Assembly: GCA_035254545.1 (NCBI GenBank)
Contig: DATFAP010000010.1
Location: 5,286 to 69,285, forward strand
Direction of reading: 5' to 3'
From: Sediminibacterium sp.
GTDB lineage: Bacteria; Bacteroidota; Bacteroidia; Chitinophagales; Chitinophagaceae
DNA length: 64,000 nt
Positions within the stretch are counted from its first letter, which is position 1. Each line of letters starts with the position of its first letter. Position numbers and translations under genes: made by a program. The notes beneath the pieces were generated by a model. The model searched no databases, was not told the DNA's origin, and worked only from the letters and a program-made list of their open reading frames with translations. Shown one piece after another: positions 61,601 to 64,000 of the stretch.

Positions 61601-64000
61601 ATCTGTGGCAAAGAGCAGCGGTCCCGGGTATCAGCAATAATGTAGTAACAGGACAAACAACAGCTTATATTGGAGAAACACTGAACAGTATTTTGACTGT
61701 TCCGGTTGATGTGGTATACGATATTACACCCAGTTTAAACGGATGTGCCGGTACGCCATTTCAATACCGCCTTACCGTAAATCCGATTCCGGTTGCACCC
61801 ACTGCTGCTACCCTGGGTGCAGTATGCGAAGGAGAAACGCTTCAGTTTACGACCCCCGTAAGAGCCGGAGCTGGTTATGAATGGACGGGACCCAATGGAT
61901 TCGCTTCGCTTTTGCGCGAGCCGCAACTATTGAATGCAGCGATCGGACAGGCGGGTACGTATTCTGTAACGCTTACCGTGAATGGATGTAAAAGTGTTGC
62001 AACTTCAACCGTAGCAGTGGTGAATCCGATTCCTGCAGCACCGGTTGTTACCAGTTCATCCCCTGTTTGTGAAGGTGCTACGCTTCAGTTGAATGCATCC
62101 ATTGTAATCGGCGCTACTTATCAATGGACAGGTCCCAATGGTTTTGTGTCTGTTTTGCAAAATCCCTTGCTTTCAAATATAACGCAAGCTGTTGCAGGAA
62201 CCTATCGTGTATCGGCCCTGGTGAATGGTTGTGCCAGTTCCGGTACTACCACTTTCGTACAGGTAAAAGCAACACCTGCCGCGCCGGTGATTCAACCGGT
62301 TGGTGCAGTTTGCGAAAATTCAACCTTGAATGTTGGTATGAATGCTGTAACAGGCGCAACGTACAACTGGTCCGGGCCGCTTGGGTTCAATACCATCGGT
62401 CAGGGATTTCAGATAGATTCAATGAGCTTATCCAGGGCCGGAATATATACAGCCACCGTTACCGTAAATGGTTGTACCAGCAACAACAGTACTGTGAATG
62501 TTTCAGTGACCCCACAACCTGCCGTTCCGGTTGCCGCAAACAATTCACCGGTTTGTGAAGGTGGTTCAATTCAATTAAGTACGCCTTCGCTTGCCGGCGC
62601 AACTTATCGGTGGACCGGTCCGAACGGATTTTCCTCAGTTGCGCAGAACCCCTTATTAACCGGTGTTGCATTAACAGCAAAAGGAGATTATACCCTTGCC
62701 GTAACAATGAACGGATGTGCCAGCAATGGCGGAGTCACCACTGCAGTGGTGAACTCAATTCCAGGCGCTGTTCAGATCACCAGCAGCGGACCAGCCTGTG
62801 AAGGGCAGCCTGTGAGCCTGGCCGCAGATGATGTGCCGTCGGCAGTTTATTTCTGGACCGGGCCCGGTGGGTTGGTGATGTCTACGCGACAGATCAGTAT
62901 TGCTGCAATGAGTAATGTTAATCAGGGGATATACCAGGTGGCGGTAAATGTTGCAGGATGTATGGGGGTAACAAATAATATTGATCTGAGAATGATACCG
63001 ACACCCGCGGCTCCTGTAATAAGTCCGGTTGGTATTGTTTGCGAATACAGTACATTGTCTTTGAATATGGCACCCGTTGCCGGTGCCGTGTACAGTTGGA
63101 CCGGCCCATCCGGATTCAGTAACAGCGGCGCTGCTGTTCAGATTGATTCTGTTACTGTGGTTCATGCGGGAACTTATACCGCCAATATTTCGGTGAGCGG
63201 ATGTAAGAGCAGCAACAGCACTGTAACTGTTGCCGTTACACCTAAGCCCGCCAAACCCTCGGCCAGTAATACTTCACCCATTTGTGAGGGCGGTTCTTTG
63301 CAATTCAATACCCCCACGCTGGGTGGTGCAAGTTATCAGTGGACTGGCCCGAACGGATTTACCACTGCAGTGCAGAATCCTTTGATTACCGGTGCCGGTG
63401 TTGCCGCAGATGGCAATTATTCATTAACCGTTTCTGTAAATGGCTGTGCCAGTGATGCCGCAGTGACCAATGCAGTTGTGAATCCTTTGCCATCTGTTGT
63501 AAACGTTACTACAAACGGGCCTGTATGCGAAGGTCAGGCCCTGATCATGACAGCAGACACGGTTAAGTCAGGTATATATACCTGGACGGGGCCAAATGGT
63601 TTTTCTGCGGTTGCCCAACAGGTAACAATCCCATCTTTTAACAACAGCAAAACAGGTGTTTACCAGGTGTCTGTTGCGGTGGCAGGCTGCCTCGGAGTAG
63701 CCAATAGTATCACAACAACGGTGAAACCTATCCCGGCCCCTCCGGTAATTAACCCTGTTGATCAGGTATGCGAAGGAGGCAGACTAACACTTAGTGTGGT
63801 AGCAGCGCCCGGTGCACTTTATCAATGGTCCGGTCCGTTGAATATCACTGGCAATAAACCTATGCTGACGATTCCTGCCATTAATGCTTCCATGTCTGGT
63901 GTTTACAATGCCAATGTTACAATCAATGGCTGCACCAGTGCCGATCGTTCCACCGTTGTAAATGTGTTGCCAAAACCCGACAGGCCGGTAGTGGTGAACA
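58615..64000 (+). CDS. giant secreted multi-Ig-domain surface protein (SprB/CHU-type adhesin-like), 5' part; 3' end outside window
   Basis: I read 1795 consecutive codons from the ATG at 58615 without a stop. It is absent from the ORF track because no stop lies in the window. It has a signal peptide of 30 aa ending TAQ|CG, a GGNAPYTYSW SprB-repeat motif and several tandem Ig-like arrays. Confidence 0.85.
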   Translation, partial: MAVMQWRMQFIRAMMVLVLLFLSGTRLTAQCGTGTSAIYTFDFSAAKDTTQSIDAARNGTACVGTSGSDNNCIRFNVMLNPGSDLLNFSTSQITGASFYSIDCGPLIPIGTPACITGKTSVCISFCKPGSNSVTYTLTASSIIKGSADLLLRQNCSGTLSVTGVTAATVNWTSVYPGVAGSYNNYLSAVTGATSVTVTPQTGAPAYIDYEVSGTGTCTGLRRDTIRVYTVAPMTVAVTPVNPTICSGSSVELTTTVTGGNAPYTYSWNTGAVTASITTSVAGTYTISVNDNTVGCPAVTASAVVTSSTTPVAPTASGTSVCYGSTATVTATAPGGSYQWFDAASGGNLLTAAPAYTTPALTAATTYYVQTTVNGCTSPRASVAVGVTPVPVAPTVAPSTVCEGTTATINATAPGGTYEWYNAASGGTLLATGSGYTTPSLSASTIYYVQSTIAGCTGPRSGVAITVTPLPANPTANAPSICSGNTGTLTALTPGGTYRWYDAPTAGTLLGTGAAYNTTVLLTNTTYYLSAEVNGCLSTARTAVEMVVNPTPVAPTASGTTICSGTTATLTASAPGGTYRWYTAASGGTLLSTGTGYITPSLLTGTTYYVDATSAAGCTGTRTPVVVNVTPFEDPAFTYSGGTFCVSGATNPSPVIMGGATGVFSATPAGLDIDPSTGTITLSTSAVNLYTITFVTGGACAYTSSAAVRIINTTPDATFSYVTPLCVMQTNPLPGFAAGASAGVFSSGAGLVFNNNTTGEIDLANSAPGNYIVTNIIPAAAGCSGATATYDIVINPRATANAGVDQLVCEGTTVDLNGLVSGAASSGSWSVVSGTGSFSDAAQLATRFSPAVGTMQAILQLTSNDPDNVGPCTVATDQVVISFNPLPAAPGVSNATICSNTNATLTAYSPGGTYKWYDASSSGNLLFSGTTYNTPVLQSNTVYYVSATSAASCEGPRTAVTVAVTPRPVITSASAGAICTATSPAYTITSDLAGSSYLWQRAAVPGISNNVVTGQTTAYIGETLNSILTVPVDVVYDITPSLNGCAGTPFQYRLTVNPIPVAPTAATLGAVCEGETLQFTTPVRAGAGYEWTGPNGFASLLREPQLLNAAIGQAGTYSVTLTVNGCKSVATSTVAVVNPIPAAPVVTSSSPVCEGATLQLNASIVIGATYQWTGPNGFVSVLQNPLLSNITQAVAGTYRVSALVNGCASSGTTTFVQVKATPAAPVIQPVGAVCENSTLNVGMNAVTGATYNWSGPLGFNTIGQGFQIDSMSLSRAGIYTATVTVNGCTSNNSTVNVSVTPQPAVPVAANNSPVCEGGSIQLSTPSLAGATYRWTGPNGFSSVAQNPLLTGVALTAKGDYTLAVTMNGCASNGGVTTAVVNSIPGAVQITSSGPACEGQPVSLAADDVPSAVYFWTGPGGLVMSTRQISIAAMSNVNQGIYQVAVNVAGCMGVTNNIDLRMIPTPAAPVISPVGIVCEYSTLSLNMAPVAGAVYSWTGPSGFSNSGAAVQIDSVTVVHAGTYTANISVSGCKSSNSTVTVAVTPKPAKPSASNTSPICEGGSLQFNTPTLGGASYQWTGPNGFTTAVQNPLITGAGVAADGNYSLTVSVNGCASDAAVTNAVVNPLPSVVNVTTNGPVCEGQALIMTADTVKSGIYTWTGPNGFSAVAQQVTIPSFNNSKTGVYQVSVAVAGCLGVANSITTTVKPIPAPPVINPVDQVCEGGRLTLSVVAAPGALYQWSGPLNITGNKPMLTIPAINASMSGVYNANVTINGCTSADRSTVVNVLPKPDRPVVVN
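59542..60504 (+). repeat. four in-frame tandem ~80-aa Ig-like units (C-x12..APGG[ST]Y.W[FY].A.SGG.LL...Y.TP.L...T.YYV......GC...R..V.V.V.P)
   Basis: The first Cys codon of each unit is at 59575, 59815, 60055 and 60298 (spacing 240/240/243 nt). A fifth, isolated copy lies at 61270-61509 with its Cys at 61303. Confidence 0.8.
60505..61005 (+). repeat. two in-frame tandem ~83-aa units of a second domain type (F[TS]Y....C....P....GVFS...AGL....G.I.L....Y.[IV]T....C....I.I)
   Basis: Unit a is 60505-60756 and unit b is 60757-61005. They are aligned by eye. Confidence 0.6.
61789..64000 (+). repeat. nine complete in-frame 81-aa (243-nt) Ig-like units plus the start of a tenth (..P.CEG..L.......G..Y.W[TS]GP.GF.......G.Y...V..NGC.S......V)
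   Basis: The first Cys codon is at 61825, 62068, 62311, 62554, 62797, 63040, 63283, 63526 and 63769. Spacing is exactly 243 nt with no indels. Units 3-9 fall into an A-B-C pattern with a 729-nt period. Confidence 0.85.

Noticed and set aside
59868-62801. Short ORFs listed by the track on both strands inside 59.8-63.2 kb (for example 62124-62558 plus strand and 62755-63165 minus strand)
   Set aside because: All are off-frame or antisense within the giant uninterrupted ORF starting at 58615. Their translations are Cys/Arg-rich nonsense, typical of alternative frames of a Thr/Gly/Ala-rich gene.
59542-64000. Tandem periodic DNA considered as a possible CRISPR array or non-coding satellite
   Set aside because: The periods (240-243 nt) are multiples of three and in frame. 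Conservation is at the protein level, with divergent synonymous sites. There is no short direct repeat and spacer structure.
1-64000. Window-wide search for tRNA, rRNA, transposase or integrase genes, IS inverted repeats and prophage genes
   Set aside because: No intergenic region is long or structured enough for an rRNA or tRNA. No translated ORF shows DDE, tyrosine-recombinase or serine-recombinase motifs. tRNAscan-SE, Infernal and ISfinder would be needed to be certain.

Overview
Dense 64-kb chromosomal window with about 60 protein-coding genes. It is probably from a Bacteroidota genome of the Chitinophagia or Sphingobacteriia type. That is inferred from the 11-subunit nuo operon, the MurQ/MurK/NamZ genes, a SprB/Ig-repeat giant surface protein and a TAnnTTTG-like -7 box. 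I recognised no rRNA, tRNA, CRISPR array, transposase or phage gene. All product calls rest on reading the translations and recalling family motifs; no database search was possible.

Gene content, left to right:
- 1-3.2 kb: hutU 3' fragment, a Crp-like regulator, an SRPBCC protein and a secreted ADA2/ADGF-like adenosine deaminase.
- 3.4-9.0 kb: an orphan 272-aa protein, a module of ECF sigma, ZAS anti-sigma, membrane protein and S41 peptidase, then an M28 peptidase.
- 9.1-14.25 kb: SCO protein, a Cys-rich anchored protein and AraC. These are followed by two CydA-like membrane proteins, each fused to a mono-haem cytochrome c domain, an unlisted 55-codon single-TM ORF and a clean terminator. This is the most novel-looking locus in the window.
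- 14.25-16.9 kb: DoxX, an NmrA-like protein, HxlR and small genes.
- 17-29.8 kb: DUF1080 protein, NamZ, ChaN, MBL hydrolase, DinB, class V aminotransferase, SulP, an orphan ABC ATPase, a MurK-MurQ-hypothetical operon and a Ctp protease.
- 30-36.7 kb: a TonB-dependent receptor, then a convergent operon encoding a secreted beta-lactamase-fold/D-aminoacylase fusion, a DUF1611 protein and an enolase-type epimerase.
- 36.8-46.9 kb: nuoABCDHIJKLMN with no nuoEFG, plus a trailing orphan gene.
- 46.9-53.2 kb: a convergent operon of GltD/NfnB-like flavoprotein, PFOR and a DHOD-like protein lacking the catalytic Cys.
- 53.4-58.3 kb: cation/H+ antiporter, a YdiJ-like FAD/Fe-S dehydrogenase and a patatin.
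- 58615 to the window end: a giant open-ended ORF of at least 1795 codons. It is absent from the supplied ORF track because no stop codon occurs in the window. It contains several in-frame tandem domain arrays, including nine units at an exact 243-nt period arranged as a 729-nt three-unit super-repeat.
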